Shown here one piece after another: positions 63,351 through 64,000 of a stretch of DNA of 64,000 nt. The stretch's first letter is position 1. Each line of letters starts with the position of its first letter. Source of the DNA: Malacoraja senta (taxonomy: Eukaryota); assembly GCA_038087875.1 (NCBI GenBank), contig CM075984.1, forward strand, positions 41,354,001-41,418,000, given 5' to 3'. The position numbers and the translations under genes are program-made. The notes beneath the pieces were generated by a model. The model did no database searches. It was given only the letters and a program-made list of their open reading frames with translations, and was not told the origin of the DNA.

Positions 63351-64000
63351 AGTGAGATACTCCCCCCGCAGTCTCTCCGCGGGCTCTCCCCGGCAGGGTG
63401 CATCTGCCTCCCTCAGGCTGCCCAGGCAGTCTGACTCGACTCCGGTGGCGGGCTCCATGCACAGCTCCTGCCGGCCGGCTGGGAGCGGCGACAGAGGACA
63501 GGGGGAAGTTGGCCACCAGCGGGGCAGTCTCGGCTCTCCATGCAGTCCGAGTCTCGCTGGATCCTCGTAATCCTCTGCCTCTGTCAAATGGGTGAGTTTA
63601 ACCTGACCCCCCCCCCCCCCCAACCTCCCTCCACCTCAACTCACGCCTGGGCACCAAAGGAGCTCAGGAGGCGAACATTGAGGTCCGTCTCCCAACAATC
63701 TGATGTGCGCATCCGTCCACATTCAAAGATTTCATCTCCAGTCTCCCCGCAGTGTGTAGACCTGGCAGTAAATTCAATTAAAATATAGCAAACCTCCGCC
63801 TGCTGGTCTTCTAACTACGTGATGTGTGTTTCAAACAAATCATCAGTATAACTGCCCTGGCACTGGACAGTGCGCATTTTCCCTTTGTAGGTCACATCAA
63901 TAGATGCGGCCGTGCTGAATTCTATCTTTAACTCAAAGCCGCAGGATGGAGATGTTGCTTATTAAAACAGACCTTCATTGAAGGTTGGATCAAGAGTAAC

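Noticed and set aside
62424-63570. Many ORFs with HT, CV or RE repeats
   Set aside because: Translations of microsatellite mosaics.

Overview
Vertebrate genomic DNA, almost certainly from a cartilaginous fish (skate/ray-like, inferred from HE1-type V-SINEs and CR1-type LINE tails). It holds two complete, convergent protein-coding genes, both assembled by hand with GT-AG introns and consistent exon phases. HES6 (+) has 4 exons at 1644-2724 and encodes 232 aa with bHLH, Orange and WRPW. PER2 (-) has a non-coding exon 1 near 61.1-61.46 kb plus 22 coding exons at 59057-24524 (3720 nt, 1239 aa). The rest is intron or intergenic DNA rich in HE1-like SINEs, CR1 and L1 fragments, a decayed Hero/R2-type retrotransposon, Harbinger MITEs, a Helitron end, and about 20 fold-back elements carrying a minimal hammerhead-ribozyme core. 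The main result is that this PER2 looks rewired rather than broken. The reading frame, PAS-A/PAS-B, CK1-binding motifs, NLS and both beta-TrCP degrons are intact. The C-terminal CRY-binding domain, however, carries three separate lesions: a roughly 31-aa in-exon deletion removing QDPIWLL, loss of the HxW motif, and the zinc-ligand CxxC changed to RxxS. The FASP serine cluster has also lost one SxxS unit. Every upstream AUG in the predicted 5'UTR is a start-stop (AUG-UAG) minimal uORF, present in three copies within a tandem repeat. The promoter keeps the mammalian Per2 CACGTT-N6-TRTGTG element. Comparisons with human/mouse PER2 are from memory and need confirming by alignment.
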